Source: Lachnospiraceae bacterium UBA3820
GTDB lineage: Bacteria; Bacillota; Clostridia; Lachnospirales; Lachnospiraceae
Assembly (NCBI GenBank): GCA_002369325.1
Contig: DFDU01000046.1
Coordinates: 101-64,100, forward strand
Direction of reading: 5' to 3'
DNA length: 64,000 nucleotides
The translations under genes were made by a program, and so were the position numbers. The notes under the pieces are model-generated. The model ran no database searches, was not told where the DNA came from, and saw nothing but the letters and a program-made list of their open reading frames with translations. Position 1 is the first letter of the stretch; each line of letters begins with the position of its first letter. Below are positions 19,788 to 30,413 of this stretch, piece after piece.

Positions 19788-20606
19788 TTACTCCAAATTA
19801 AGCTTATGCTTCGTCAACCATCCTGTAATTGTCACAAGTGCAGCGACACCCAATACTTCGAATGTAGATATCACAGCAAAGAATCTGTTGGCAATCTCAA
19901 AGCTGAAATTCTTTGAATTTTCAATACTTTCAAAATCCGAAAGCAATCCTGTATCTCTCAAAATTACAAGGAAGAAAATCGAAAGAATCTGAAAAGCCGC
20001 GTAAAAAATAATCATTCCCACAATCGACATAATCTTTTTATTATTTGAAAACGAATGACCAAAAGCATATGCTGCATTAAACATCCATTGAGACAGAAGC
20101 ATACCTGCAAGGAAGGTTACCAAAACAAGAATGATCAATGTAAGAACAAGCACATTTGAAACATCCGTGGTGATATACCCCACCAGGTCAATCAAAACGT
20201 CAAACAGCTTATCATATATTTCAAAATCCATAGCAGCAAGACAAATTGAAAACGGAATAACTATTGCTGCACTTATATAAGTCAGGATATCAACTATAAG
20301 TCTTCCTATCATCAAGGTCGAAGTCTTAACCGGCAAAGTATTCGTAAGATAACCCTGATCCTTAAACAAACGATTTCTAAAATCAACCAAAGGATAAAGA
20401 AAAACCGCAAGTAACGCAAATATAACAACAAAACCATAAACAACCTGCAGGAGACCTACAAACAAAGCAACATACTCATTAGCAATAGCATCTCTTGACT
20501 GATCAAGAACATAAAAAATAGGGCTGTAAATAAGTAATACCGAATATACAAGCAATAAAGGCTTATATCTGTTAATTATTTCATTTTTAATACATTTTCC
20601 TAACAT
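19788..20606 (-). CDS. ABC transporter permease (about 6 TM)
   Basis: Hydrophobic helices; GYLTNTLPV motif; coupled to the ATPase gene. Confidence 0.85.
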   Translation of the reverse strand: MLGKCIKNEIINRYKPLLLVYSVLLIYSPIFYVLDQSRDAIANEYVALFVGLLQVVYGFVVIFALLAVFLYPLVDFRNRLFKDQGYLTNTLPVKTSTLMIGRLIVDILTYISAAIVIPFSICLAAMDFEIYDKLFDVLIDLVGYITTDVSNVLVLTLIILVLVTFLAGMLLSQWMFNAAYAFGHSFSNNKKIMSIVGMIIFYAAFQILSIFFLVILRDTGLLSDFESIENSKNFSFEIANRFFAVISTFEVLGVAALVTITGWLTKHKLNLE

Positions 20607-21301
20607 TTGAATACCTCCCTGAAAATCTCATCAACCGATTGACCTCTCTGACTTCTTAAAGCATCAGCATCCTGATGGCAAACGATTTGTCCCTCTTTTA
20701 CAAAAACAACATCATCAAGAATATTTTCTATATCGGAAATAAGATGTGTCGAAAGAAGAATAGTTGCCTCACTGTCATAATTGGTAATAATGGTCTGAAG
20801 AATATAATCTCTTGCCGCAGGATCAACACCTGCAATAGGCTCATCCAAAAGATAAAGCTTTGCTTTTCTGCTCATTACCATAATAAGCTGAATCTTCTCT
20901 TTATTACCCTTTGAAAGCTTCTTGAAAACCATATCCGGTTCAAGCTTGAGAAGCTCCATCATGTGATAAGCTCTCGCCTCATCAAAGTCCGCATAAAAAT
21001 CCTTAAACAAATTTACAAGATTTTTAATCTTTAAGCTCTCATTAAAATAAGTTCTTTCAGGAAGATAAGAAACAACCGCCTTTGTTTCCGGACCTATTTT
21101 CTTACCTGCTATGGTTATATTTCCCGCATCAGGTTTCAAAAGACCCGCAAGCATCTTGATAAGTGTTGTCTTACCACTTCCGTTAGGTCCGAGAAGTCCG
21201 ATTATCTTTCCGCTTTCAAGATTTAAATTCAAATCCGTAAAAACCTGTTTCTTAATTCCATATCCCTTTTTAACCTGAGATATCTCAACCAGATTACTCA
21301 T
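20600..21301 (-). CDS. ABC transporter ATP-binding protein
   Basis: GPNGSGKT, LSKG, LLDEP, STH. Confidence 0.95.
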   Translation of the reverse strand: MSNLVEISQVKKGYGIKKQVFTDLNLNLESGKIIGLLGPNGSGKTTLIKMLAGLLKPDAGNITIAGKKIGPETKAVVSYLPERTYFNESLKIKNLVNLFKDFYADFDEARAYHMMELLKLEPDMVFKKLSKGNKEKIQLIMVMSRKAKLYLLDEPIAGVDPAARDYILQTIITNYDSEATILLSTHLISDIENILDDVVFVKEGQIVCHQDADALRSQRGQSVDEIFREVFKC

Positions 21302-21355
21302 ATATTCTTTCCCTCTTTTCTTAAAAATCTAATATCATTTCATCAATCATTTTAA

Positions 21356-21718
21356 CTACATTTTAATGTAATTATTTACACTATCCAAAAGCTCATTATC
21401 ATTAAAGCCAAGCTCTCTCATTCCATCGACATAATTCTTGGTCAGCCTGAATCCCGAATCAATTTTAAGCTTTCCGCTGTTTTCTCCCAAATCCGCTACA
21501 AATCTGCCTGCGGTTCTGTTAGAAACAAGAATTCCTGCTCTCTCAAGCTCAGATAAAGCTTTTTGCATGGTATTTGGATTTACTCCCGCAGTAAGAGCCA
21601 TATCTCGCACCGCCGGTACTCTGTCTCCCGGATTAAGCTCTCCCCTTGCAATCATCTTTTTTATCTGTTCCATAATCTGCATATAAATCGGAGAACTGTT
21701 ATCAAACTTCCATGACAT
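21356..21718 (-). CDS. GntR (YtrA-type) transcriptional regulator
   Basis: PIYMQI...PAVRDMA...VNPNTMQKA; GGAGG RBS before ATG 21718. Confidence 0.93.
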   Translation of the reverse strand: MSWKFDNSSPIYMQIMEQIKKMIARGELNPGDRVPAVRDMALTAGVNPNTMQKALSELERAGILVSNRTAGRFVADLGENSGKLKIDSGFRLTKNYVDGMRELGFNDNELLDSVNNYIKM

Positions 21719-21765
21719 TTGCTCACCTCCCAAATAATCGAATTTAAGCAAGTTCCTATCCTTTT

Positions 21766-21826
21766 GTATTATTGTATTACTTGCTTAGTACAATAATACT
21801 ATAATACAAAGAAAATAATATGTCAA
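21766..21826 (-). promoter_or_regulatory. Promoter with YtrA-type operator
   Basis: TTGACA-17 bp-TATAGT (21826-21798). Inverted repeat GTATTATTGTATTA-N6-TAGTACAATAATAC (21766-21799) touches the -10 box. Confidence 0.75.
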
Positions 21827-22012
21827 GCCCTAAAATAAAAAAAGTATTTACAAACCGAAAACTGTATCGTCTCAAAAAAGCGTCACCGTAATAGGTCTAA
21901 CTTTTGTGATACATTAAATCTTGTTGTAAATACCTTTTTTATTATATTTATAACTTATAAAACCCTTTTTCCTCAGAACATTATTTGACCGGTAATTTGC
22001 AGCAAACCATAC

Positions 22013-22750
22013 TTACCAGATTCCGTCATTGTCAAAGTTAAAATCATAATTATACAATTCCTGCATAGATTGCATTTCTTCTTCTCTTTCTTCATAGGAC
22101 TCAGCCTGCTGATCTATAAATTGCTGTTCGAGATCATTAATGTGCTGTTCTTCTTCATCCTCGGTAGTATTTTGATCATCCTGTTTTTGGTCATCCTGGT
22201 TTTGATCGTCCTGATTTTGATCATCCTGGTTTTGGTCGTCCTGACTTTGTTCTTCCTTCTTTTGCTCAAGTTCCTTAATCAGGTCATCGATTTCCTTCTT
22301 TAACTTTTCAGCCTCGCTGCTATGCCCCGTACCTTCATCATTGGCGCAATTATCCGGCAGAAGCACCTCTCTTGCTTCTTTAAGTGTTGCTATTGTCGCA
22401 TCAATTTTATCGGGAGCATCATAATCGGAAGGAATCTTTCCGATTATCGAAAGTGCAAGATTTATTCTGATCGAGCATTCCTTTTTATCCGGAAGATGAC
22501 ATTTGAGTGCTTTATTATATTCCTTTATGGCCTCATCATAATTACCGTTATTATAGAAAATATTTCCACGATTATAATATGCGATATAAGGCTGATAAAA
22601 ATTAGCAAATGTCAAAGCTTCAGCATGTCCGGTATAGGTATTCTCCCTAACCTTATTTTTTATATGCTCATTATAGGCATAGGTAAAAATAAGCTTACCG
22701 AGTACAACCAGATAAAACACATATAAAATCCAAAAAATCTTCTTTTTCAT
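22013..22750 (-). CDS. TPR protein with Gln/Asp-rich tail (BatC-like)
   Basis: AYYNRGNIFYNNGNYDEAIKEYNKAL TPR; DDQNQ repeats. Confidence 0.8.
   Translation of the reverse strand: MKKKIFWILYVFYLVVLGKLIFTYAYNEHIKNKVRENTYTGHAEALTFANFYQPYIAYYNRGNIFYNNGNYDEAIKEYNKALKCHLPDKKECSIRINLALSIIGKIPSDYDAPDKIDATIATLKEAREVLLPDNCANDEGTGHSSEAEKLKKEIDDLIKELEQKKEEQSQDDQNQDDQNQDDQNQDDQKQDDQNTTEDEEEQHINDLEQQFIDQQAESYEEREEEMQSMQELYNYDFNFDNDGIW
22169..22243. repeat. Intragenic 15-bp tandem repeat (QDDQN, about 5 copies)
   Basis: Direct reading of degenerate TTTTGRTCRTCCTG units. Confidence 0.8.
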
Positions 22751-23697
22751 CTAAGCTTCACCTTTCTCCTATAATAAACAAAATCAAAAACAAGTAATAC
22801 GCAAAGAGGAATTGCAAAATAATAATAAATATCCCTGTATCCCTTTTTGCCTTCCTTGCCGTATTCCAGATCCTCGATATCCTTCTTTATAGCTTCAAGA
22901 GTATCATTTAAATACGCCTGTTTGGTCATGTGAACATAATTAACACCCATATCATTTGCGATGCTCTTTAAATTATTTTCATCAATTTTTGAAATAGCTT
23001 TAACCTTATTATATGAAGCATCATAGGTATAAAGATATTCCGGTTCATTATCATCGCCCGAATAAGATACAGCCTTCATCGGACCTCCCGCAGTTGTTCC
23101 ATATCCGAGTACAGCTCCGTTATCAATATATTTATTTAAATCCGGATAACTCTTAAGCGTTTCGCTGTTTGTTATTTCACCATCACTGATAAAGAAAACT
23201 ATCTGATAATTATCCCTGTCATTATCCAAATCCTTTTTTACAAATTCCAGGGTTTCATTAAATGAAGTGCCCTTTGCATAAATTTTAGTCTGTCCGCTCA
23301 ACGAATTAACGACCTGCGTAAAAAGATTTATGTCAGTGGTATAAGGGATCGCCTTGTCTGTAATATTTCCGAAAGTAACAACAGAGAAACTAGCCGTAGG
23401 AAGATTATCCGCAATATATTTGCAATCCTCTTTTACCGCATCAATTCTTCTTCCGCTTCCGTCATAATCCTCAGCGAGCATACTTATGGTATCGTCAATT
23501 ACAAACAGCACATCAACATTTTGCTGTACCGTCGGAACATTATCATCCTCCACCATAGGCCGAAGATTTATGGCAAACAACAGAATAACAATTATAACCT
23601 GACGTATATAATTAAATTTTCCTTTTCTTCCAAGAAGAAGAAACAATACACATATAAGTGACATCACCCATATCGGTATAATAGGATTTAACTTCAT
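22747..23697 (-). CDS. VWA-domain membrane protein (BatB-like)
   Basis: DDTISM MIDAS, FISDGE, GYGTTAGG. Confidence 0.85.
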   Translation of the reverse strand: MKLNPIIPIWVMSLICVLFLLLGRKGKFNYIRQVIIVILLFAINLRPMVEDDNVPTVQQNVDVLFVIDDTISMLAEDYDGSGRRIDAVKEDCKYIADNLPTASFSVVTFGNITDKAIPYTTDINLFTQVVNSLSGQTKIYAKGTSFNETLEFVKKDLDNDRDNYQIVFFISDGEITNSETLKSYPDLNKYIDNGAVLGYGTTAGGPMKAVSYSGDDNEPEYLYTYDASYNKVKAISKIDENNLKSIANDMGVNYVHMTKQAYLNDTLEAIKKDIEDLEYGKEGKKGYRDIYYYFAIPLCVLLVFDFVYYRRKVKLR

Positions 23698-24692
23698 AAT
23701 CTAACCTTCCTGCTTACGATAAAATATAGACCTGTGCATATAAGCAATATATAAAACAATAGTACCGGCTTGTCCGTTATAAATGTCTGAATTTCCTGTG
23801 TATCCGATGCATCTGTTACACTTATCGCATCTATAACATCCTGAACCGCCGACTTACTTTTTATTCTGTAAAATTGTCCGCCGGTTTTTTCAATATCCTT
23901 TTTAAATGACTGTTCATCAACTACATAATCCGGTCCGAGTGCGAATATCTTAACACCATATTTTTTACAAAGATCTGTAGCTTCCGAAACAGATACTATC
24001 TGTTCTCCGTAAACCTCATTATCGGTTGAAACAATCATAATTCTGGCTCTGTCCGTTTTTTCCCTCAAATCAGGAAATGCGAAAAGACAGCCTGCTATTC
24101 CGTCTCCAATAAGAGAGCTTCCGTAATCGCTCAGGGTTCCGGCATATTTATATTCATATAATTCATAATCAAAATCAGAATACCAATTCCAGTAATCCGT
24201 GCTTTGCTCAAATGCCTTTTGAAGCTTGTCTATCTCATCCAAAACATAATCATAATCCGTTGTGAGCGGTACCAGAACTACTGTTTTACCGCAAAAAATT
24301 GTTATACCGAATCTTTCTCCGTCCAATCCCTTGACAAGCTTTTTCAAATCATCACAAATATTTTTATTAAGCTCATCCATCGAATCAGATATATCAAGGC
24401 AAAGAAAAATATCTCTGTTTCTTAAGGTCTTTGAAACAGTCTTAACCTCAACCGGTCTGGAAATCATAACAAAGCTTACCGCAATCGCTACCCAAAGGCA
24501 CATCATCGCAAATACGCTTAAAAGCTTATATATTATTGTTTTTTTCTTAAATCTTGGGTCGTCCTTTACATACGAAACATTTGCAGCCTTTATACTGTCC
24601 CTGAAATTCTTTTTACGTTTCAGGACAATAAAAGGAAGTATAACAAGCACAGCTATCCCGATGTATAAGACCCATCTGTACATTAATTCCAT
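23694..24692 (-). CDS. VWA-domain membrane protein (BatA-like)
   Basis: LDISDSM MIDAS, PLTTDY, STDNE. Confidence 0.85.
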   Translation of the reverse strand: MELMYRWVLYIGIAVLVILPFIVLKRKKNFRDSIKAANVSYVKDDPRFKKKTIIYKLLSVFAMMCLWVAIAVSFVMISRPVEVKTVSKTLRNRDIFLCLDISDSMDELNKNICDDLKKLVKGLDGERFGITIFCGKTVVLVPLTTDYDYVLDEIDKLQKAFEQSTDYWNWYSDFDYELYEYKYAGTLSDYGSSLIGDGIAGCLFAFPDLREKTDRARIMIVSTDNEVYGEQIVSVSEATDLCKKYGVKIFALGPDYVVDEQSFKKDIEKTGGQFYRIKSKSAVQDVIDAISVTDASDTQEIQTFITDKPVLLFYILLICTGLYFIVSRKVRL

Positions 24693-25198
24693 TCAACTAT
24701 TACCTGCCTTGCCTTTTCACAAGTTTCAACTATATTTCCTTTATTATCCTCCGAGAACTCAGGCTCATAACATTCGTCAACCAAATAATAAAGCTTCGGA
24801 ATATTAAGTGTCTTAATCTCGCTCAAGGTATAATTTTGAACCTTAATTCCCGTAGCATCAAATACAAAGCTTCTTACCACCTTACTTAACTGCTGATAAG
24901 CATGCTTGTCCGAAAGCTTACCGCTGTTATATTTTTCCACGATGGAAGCAATAAGACCGGTATATTTTTGTTTTGCGGAATTTATGTCCAACGCTTTAAC
25001 CGGAGCAACATAATCCTCGGTCACTATCTTATTTTTATTTCTTATGTGTTTTACAAGCATAACTATCGGCGGGATTAGTGCTATAATAACAAGGATGATT
25101 ATAGGCCACAGCAAATATGAATACATATCCTGTAAACCCACTGTAATTTTATCGCTTATTCCGCCCGATGTGCTCGTACTAACGCCTGGTGTTTGCAT
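24683..25198 (-). CDS. Membrane protein of the Bat/MoxR operon
   Basis: Single TM; operon position between the DUF58 and VWA genes; GGAGAGG RBS. Confidence 0.75.
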   Translation of the reverse strand: MQTPGVSTSTSGGISDKITVGLQDMYSYLLWPIIILVIIALIPPIVMLVKHIRNKNKIVTEDYVAPVKALDINSAKQKYTGLIASIVEKYNSGKLSDKHAYQQLSKVVRSFVFDATGIKVQNYTLSEIKTLNIPKLYYLVDECYEPEFSEDNKGNIVETCEKARQVIVEWN

Positions 25199-26057
25199 AT
25201 TTATGCCTCTCCAATAATTCAACAATTTTTTCGGTTACGTCATCTTTGCTGTCTATATCAGCAAAAACCGCACCATATCTTAACAGTTTCTTTTCATTTT
25301 CTTCATAGAGCTCTTTTTTTATCTTAAGTTCCAAATCCATAAACTTTTTATTTCCGGCAAAAAACTCCGGAATATGTTCGGATTTGTCAAAGTCATAAGA
25401 AACTCCGGAAGTAAAGTCAGCATCACTGATATTTATAAATAAAATATCATGCATAATCCTTAGTTTCTTAAGCGTACTCTCGCTTATGCTTTTGATTCCT
25501 GTCGCATCTGTTATTACAAAGATAACCATCTTACGCTTGATATTTTTTAGAATAAATCCGAGTGATTTGTTTAAATCTCCGCTTTCTTCATTAAATACAG
25601 CTCTGTCATACATAGTGAGAAGTCTCTCAAGATTAACAACACCTGTACGAAGCTGTCCGTATTCTATCATACCGTTTTTATTGAATACAGAGCCGACATA
25701 ATCACCGTTTTTGCACGCAATGTAAGCCGCTGTTCCGCCTGCCATAAGAGCAACCTCTTTCTTGGTTTCAAGATCTTTTGTATCGGCAAGCATCTTCTTA
25801 CCCGTATCAAAAACAAGCATAATATTATGTTTTTTCTCAGCAATATATCTTTTTACAAGAAGAGTTCTGCTTCTTGAAGATGCCTTCCAGTCAATATCTC
25901 TTATATTGTCTCCGAGCACGTATTCCCTCAAATCCTCAAAGTTCATACTGTTACCCTTATAGACAGACTTGTAGGAACCGTCAAAAACATTATCCGTCTT
26001 CTTGGTTGAATATATGCTTACATTTGCTTTAATTTTTGTGATATAATCTTCTATCAT
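25179..26057 (-). CDS. DUF58 protein
   Basis: FEDLREYVLGDNIRDIDWKAS. Confidence 0.92.
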   Translation of the reverse strand: MIEDYITKIKANVSIYSTKKTDNVFDGSYKSVYKGNSMNFEDLREYVLGDNIRDIDWKASSRSRTLLVKRYIAEKKHNIMLVFDTGKKMLADTKDLETKKEVALMAGGTAAYIACKNGDYVGSVFNKNGMIEYGQLRTGVVNLERLLTMYDRAVFNEESGDLNKSLGFILKNIKRKMVIFVITDATGIKSISESTLKKLRIMHDILFINISDADFTSGVSYDFDKSEHIPEFFAGNKKFMDLELKIKKELYEENEKKLLRYGAVFADIDSKDDVTEKIVELLERHKYANTRR

Positions 26058-27043
26058 GGTGTTTGAATTGCTCCTACAATTGCATTAATTATTTTTTCCT
26101 CAGTTATATTATCAGCTACAGCCGCAAAGTTAAGTGTAACTCTGTGTCTTAAAACGCTGTAGATAAGTACCTTAACATCATCAGGCGTAACATAATTTCT
26201 TCCATTCATAAGCGCAACCGCTTTGGCAACCTCCATAAGAGCTATACCTCCTCTGGTACTTGCACCGAGAGTAATATATTGCGAAAGCTCCTTTCCGATA
26301 AACTTCTCCGGATGTCTTGTTGCATCAATAATTGCTATGATATATTTCTTAATCGCAGGATCAACATAAACTCTTTCCACAAGAAGCTGAAGATATTTTA
26401 TGTCCTCCAGAGCAACTACAGGTTCGGATTTTGCAAATACATTATTTTCAATTCTGTTAAGTATCTCCAATTCTTCTTCCTGATTTGGATAATCTATTTT
26501 TTCCTTCATGATAAATCTGTCAAGCTGTGCCTCAGAAAGAAGATAAGTACCCTCCTGCTCTATAGGGTTCTGGGTAGCGATAACCGTAAAGATTTCCGGC
26601 ATCTTAAATACCGTTCCTCCGATAGTTGTCTGATGCTCCTGCATAACCTCGAGCATCGCACTCTGAGTCTTAGCGCTGGAACGGTTTATCTCATCAAGAA
26701 GAACAAAGTTTGCATAAACAGGTCCGAGCTTTGTTTCGAAATTATTTGTCTGATAATTAAAAATCTGGGTTCCAATAATATCACTCGGAAGCAGATCCGG
26801 TGTACATTGAATTCTCGAAAACGAACCGTTCATAGCTTCGGTCAATGTCTTGGCTGCGGTAGTCTTAGCAAGTCCCGGAACAGATTCAAGAAGTATATGT
26901 CCGTTACACATAATAGCTATAAGAAGAGAAGTGCCAAGCCTGTATTGTCCTACCATTCTTCCGTAATAATATTGATTGATCTTATTTATAATCCCCTTAC
27001 TTTTTTCGATTTCCTGCTGTGTTATCAAATTTTTGTTTTCCAT
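26054..27043 (-). CDS. MoxR AAA+ ATPase
   Basis: ESVPGLAKT, RIQCTPDLLPSD, DEINR, ATQNPIEQEGTY, AQLDRF. Confidence 0.95.
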   Translation of the reverse strand: MENKNLITQQEIEKSKGIINKINQYYYGRMVGQYRLGTSLLIAIMCNGHILLESVPGLAKTTAAKTLTEAMNGSFSRIQCTPDLLPSDIIGTQIFNYQTNNFETKLGPVYANFVLLDEINRSSAKTQSAMLEVMQEHQTTIGGTVFKMPEIFTVIATQNPIEQEGTYLLSEAQLDRFIMKEKIDYPNQEEELEILNRIENNVFAKSEPVVALEDIKYLQLLVERVYVDPAIKKYIIAIIDATRHPEKFIGKELSQYITLGASTRGGIALMEVAKAVALMNGRNYVTPDDVKVLIYSVLRHRVTLNFAAVADNITEEKIINAIVGAIQTP

Positions 27044-27277
27044 GATTTACCTTCCTTTTTTTGCTTATATTTAATATACGTATAATATTATTATTTTTAT
27101 GGAAATTTTTTCCATATTTTTTTACACTTTTATATACCCTTTATTTTCTTATATACTTCTATATAATTTATATACTTCAATATACTTTATGTCAATTGAT
27201 AATTGGAAGCAAAAAACGAATCAAGGAGAAACCGTCTTTGATTTCTCCTCAACCCTTTATTATATATGCTCATTAAT

Positions 27278-29284
27278 TTAGAGTTTAAATTGTTCTACCG
27301 TATTATCAAGATTTTGTGAAAGAGATTTTAATTCCTGACTTGAGCTGAGCATTTCCTTGCCCTTAGATTCAAACTCAACCGCTATATTGAGCATTTCATC
27401 ACAATCCTCAAGAATGCTTAAAGTGCAAGCATTTTGTTCTTCGGTTCTTGATGCCATATCGCCGGCAACATCCTCAATCTTTTCGACAGCTGTTACTACA
27501 GTTTTGATTGAACTTTGAATTTCATCCATACTGCTTTGAATCTTCCTGAACGTTTCATTTGTCCTATTAACCGTTGCGTTACTGGAATTGATTTTTTCTA
27601 TACTGCTGTCCGTTGCTTCAATTACGGCAATTACAAGGTTTTCAAGCTCATTTGTTATATTTACTATATCAGATACCGAATTGGAACTGTTTTGGGCAAG
27701 CGTACCGATCTCACTTGCAACAACAGCAAATCCGCTTCCGGATTCACCTGCTCTTGCAGCTTCAATTGATGCATTAAGTGATAAAAGGTTTGTCTGTTCG
27801 GCTATTTCATTTATAACATTTACCATGGCATTTATGCCGTTCAGACCCTGGCTCATATTATGAACAGCCTCCTGAAGTCCGACAGATAATTCGGATATTT
27901 CCGTCATGGTTTCAGTCATGCTATCCATATCATTATGACCATCTGATACATATTTTACCGTTTCAGCGACAAGCTGCTCTACCTCTTCGGTTGCTGTATT
28001 GGCATTTTCAATCTCATAAGTAAGAGTATTTGCATTTTCCGCTATTCCGCCTATGGCTTCGGACATTCCGGATATGGTTTGCTGAAGCTTTTGAACGGAA
28101 TCATCCTGTTTTGTTGCAAGCCCGCTAAGATGGGATGCCACGGCAGCATTTGTATCCGCCTTTTTGTCTACATTATTTACGGCGCCCTTTACATCATTAA
28201 GTACATCATGGAGATTATCGGCAAACTGATTTATCTTGGTCGATATAGTTCCAAACTCATCATTTGACGAATGTACAGATCTCTCGGTAAGATCCAATTG
28301 ATGCATCTTATCTATAACACCCGTAATCTGTTTCATAGGATTAAGGAAATGTCTAAGAGCCAAATAAATTATAAGGCAAATCACAAATGAACCGATAATG
28401 GCAAATGTAAAAGTAATCCACTGTAACGACTTCGTAGCAGACTCAACATCACTCTTTTCAGCTATACAAACAGTAATAAAATTAGTATTAGGTACTTCAT
28501 TAATAAGTACAAACTTATTATTGTAACGCGTAACCTTAGCATATTGTTCGCTGTCTATCATGTCAGATACTTTTTTGCTTAAACCATCATCCAAATCAGT
28601 TATAAGCTGACCGTTTTGTTCAGGATATTTTTTATTTGAAAGAATCATTCCTGTGATTTTATCAACACCGTATACATATCCGTTATCGTAAATCGATTTA
28701 CTTATCATTATCTGATTAACGGCTTCGATATCAACATCAGCACAAACCACACCGATGATTTCTCCATCTTCATTTTTTATATTTGAAAATGCGGAAATAA
28801 TATATTGATTGGTATTGGCATCAAGATACATTTCACCGTATTCAACCGAATCGGCTTTTAGTCCGTCAATATACCACGGACGTTCCTTCATTACCCAACC
28901 GTCACCCGGTTCAGGCTGCCACATCTTATCAATATAAATATCTTCTTCAAGACCTGCATATACTCCAAACGGAATAATATCAAGGTATGCATCTGCTATG
29001 CTGTAAATATACTTAATGATTTCATCTGAATTGTCACATGAACGTTCAACGGAAATTTTGACATTTTCAAGAATACCCTTTACTCTTGCAAGTTCAGCGG
29101 ATATCTCAAAATCTACGGAATCGGAAAGAACCATCATTTGATCTCTGACTTCCTTTTCCATTATCTTACCTGTTTGCTTAACCGTAAAGAAAATTGTAAC
29201 CATATTACAGATAATAACTACCGGAAGCATAATCAAAACCATTTTATTACGCAGGCTTATACCTGTAGACTGCTTATTATTCAT
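27278..29284 (-). CDS. Methyl-accepting chemotaxis protein (Cache-HAMP-MA)
   Basis: ERPWY Cache motif; [30 protein letters not shown]. Confidence 0.95.
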   Translation of the reverse strand: MNNKQSTGISLRNKMVLIMLPVVIICNMVTIFFTVKQTGKIMEKEVRDQMMVLSDSVDFEISAELARVKGILENVKISVERSCDNSDEIIKYIYSIADAYLDIIPFGVYAGLEEDIYIDKMWQPEPGDGWVMKERPWYIDGLKADSVEYGEMYLDANTNQYIISAFSNIKNEDGEIIGVVCADVDIEAVNQIMISKSIYDNGYVYGVDKITGMILSNKKYPEQNGQLITDLDDGLSKKVSDMIDSEQYAKVTRYNNKFVLINEVPNTNFITVCIAEKSDVESATKSLQWITFTFAIIGSFVICLIIYLALRHFLNPMKQITGVIDKMHQLDLTERSVHSSNDEFGTISTKINQFADNLHDVLNDVKGAVNNVDKKADTNAAVASHLSGLATKQDDSVQKLQQTISGMSEAIGGIAENANTLTYEIENANTATEEVEQLVAETVKYVSDGHNDMDSMTETMTEISELSVGLQEAVHNMSQGLNGINAMVNVINEIAEQTNLLSLNASIEAARAGESGSGFAVVASEIGTLAQNSSNSVSDIVNITNELENLVIAVIEATDSSIEKINSSNATVNRTNETFRKIQSSMDEIQSSIKTVVTAVEKIEDVAGDMASRTEEQNACTLSILEDCDEMLNIAVEFESKGKEMLSSSQELKSLSQNLDNTVEQFKL

Positions 29285-29360
29285 ATGTACACCCCTTTTA
29301 CATTGAATTTATGCTTTAATCAAGTACTTTAAATTATATCAATATATGTGGTTTTTTTCA

Positions 29361-29400
29361 AGAAAAAACAAGCGCCTGCTTTGCAGGCGCTTGTTTTTCT
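29361..29400 (-). terminator. Terminator after the SDR gene
   Basis: AAAAACAAGCGCCTGC/GCAGGCGCTTGTTTTT inverted repeat. Confidence 0.85.
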
Positions 29401-29413
29401 TCTATTATTACAT

Positions 29414-29537
29414 TAACTCGCAAACTCGTGCCTGCGGCACTCATCTGTCTGCTTCGCAGACGGTTTGCTCGTTAGCGAGTGCAAGGGAACTCAAATATCC
29501 GCTTCGCGGCTGCTTGGTTCCCTACTTGCACTCGCTA
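29414..29537. repeat. Branched palindromic element (element C)
   Basis: GTGCC-TGC-GGCAC, TCTGC-TTC-GCAGA and CCGC-TTC-GCGG hairpins; stem TAGCGAGTGCAAG/CTTGCACTCGCTA overlaps the SDR stop codon. Confidence 0.75.
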
Positions 29538-30311
29538 CATGCACGTGTATCCACCATCTACCGGGAGGGCTACTCCGGTTACGTAGGTAGTTGCAGGTGA
29601 TGCAAGGAATACTGCTGTTGTATCAAGCTCACCATCATTTCCGTATCTTTCCATAGGTATCATGGTTCTTGCGTTTGCCTGGAAGAATTCACTGTCAAGA
29701 GTTTCCTTGGTAAGTGGTGAATAGAAATATCCCGGACAAATTGTATTAACCGTGATTCCGTATTTGCCCCACTCGGATGCAAGAGCTCTGGTAAGGTTAA
29801 CTACACCACCCTTGGCTGCATGGTATGGCGAAGCAGGTGCTACCTTGTTTCCAACAAGGCCGTACATGGATGCTATATTTATGATACGTCCGAACTTGGC
29901 AGGTATCATAGCTTTCTTTGCACATGCACGAGCGAACTTAAATGTTCCTCCAAGGTCTATATTAAGCTCGTTAAATAACTGATCATCGGTTATATCTTCT
30001 GCAGGTGCTACAGCTCCGGTTCCGGCATTATTGATAAGAATATCAACACGTCCGAACTTAGAAAGAACCGCATCTACACATGCATCAACTTCCTCAGTTA
30101 CGGTTATGTCGCATTTGTATGCAAGAGTCTTAACTCCGTACTCTTTTTCAAGCTCTGCACACACTTCATCAAGAAGATTCTGACGTCTTGCTACAGCCAC
30201 TATGTTGCAACCCTCATTTGCAAGCGCTTTTGCCATCTGTACTCCGAGTCCTGTTGAACAACCGGTTACAATCGCTACTCTGTCTGTTAGGTCAAATAAA
30301 TTTTTTGCCAT
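29535..30311 (-). CDS. SDR family oxidoreductase (gluconate 5-dehydrogenase-like)
   Basis: TGCSTGLG, NNAG, YHAAK, VDGG. Confidence 0.92.
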   Translation of the reverse strand: MAKNLFDLTDRVAIVTGCSTGLGVQMAKALANEGCNIVAVARRQNLLDEVCAELEKEYGVKTLAYKCDITVTEEVDACVDAVLSKFGRVDILINNAGTGAVAPAEDITDDQLFNELNIDLGGTFKFARACAKKAMIPAKFGRIINIASMYGLVGNKVAPASPYHAAKGGVVNLTRALASEWGKYGITVNTICPGYFYSPLTKETLDSEFFQANARTMIPMERYGNDGELDTTAVFLASPATTYVTGVALPVDGGYTCM

Positions 30312-30413
30312 TTTTGTTATTACTCCTTCATCAATGTATATTCGTGTCGATGCCGTCTCCCTTTAAACATCTTGTAAATCTACATTAATTCCATAGCTCT
30401 TTATATATTTTCA

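Noticed and set aside
19301-19916. ORFs 19301..19558 and 19725..19916
   Set aside because: They overlap the palindrome or lie antisense to the permease, with no coding signal.
21843-21938. Inverted repeat GTATTTACAA...TTGTAAATAC as a riboswitch or a copy of element B
   Set aside because: It shares only about 12 bp with element B and has no aptamer motifs; more likely a terminator-like hairpin after the Bat-like operon.
29346-29600. 84-aa plus-strand ORF
   Set aside because: It runs through a terminator and element C and overlaps the SDR gene antisense.
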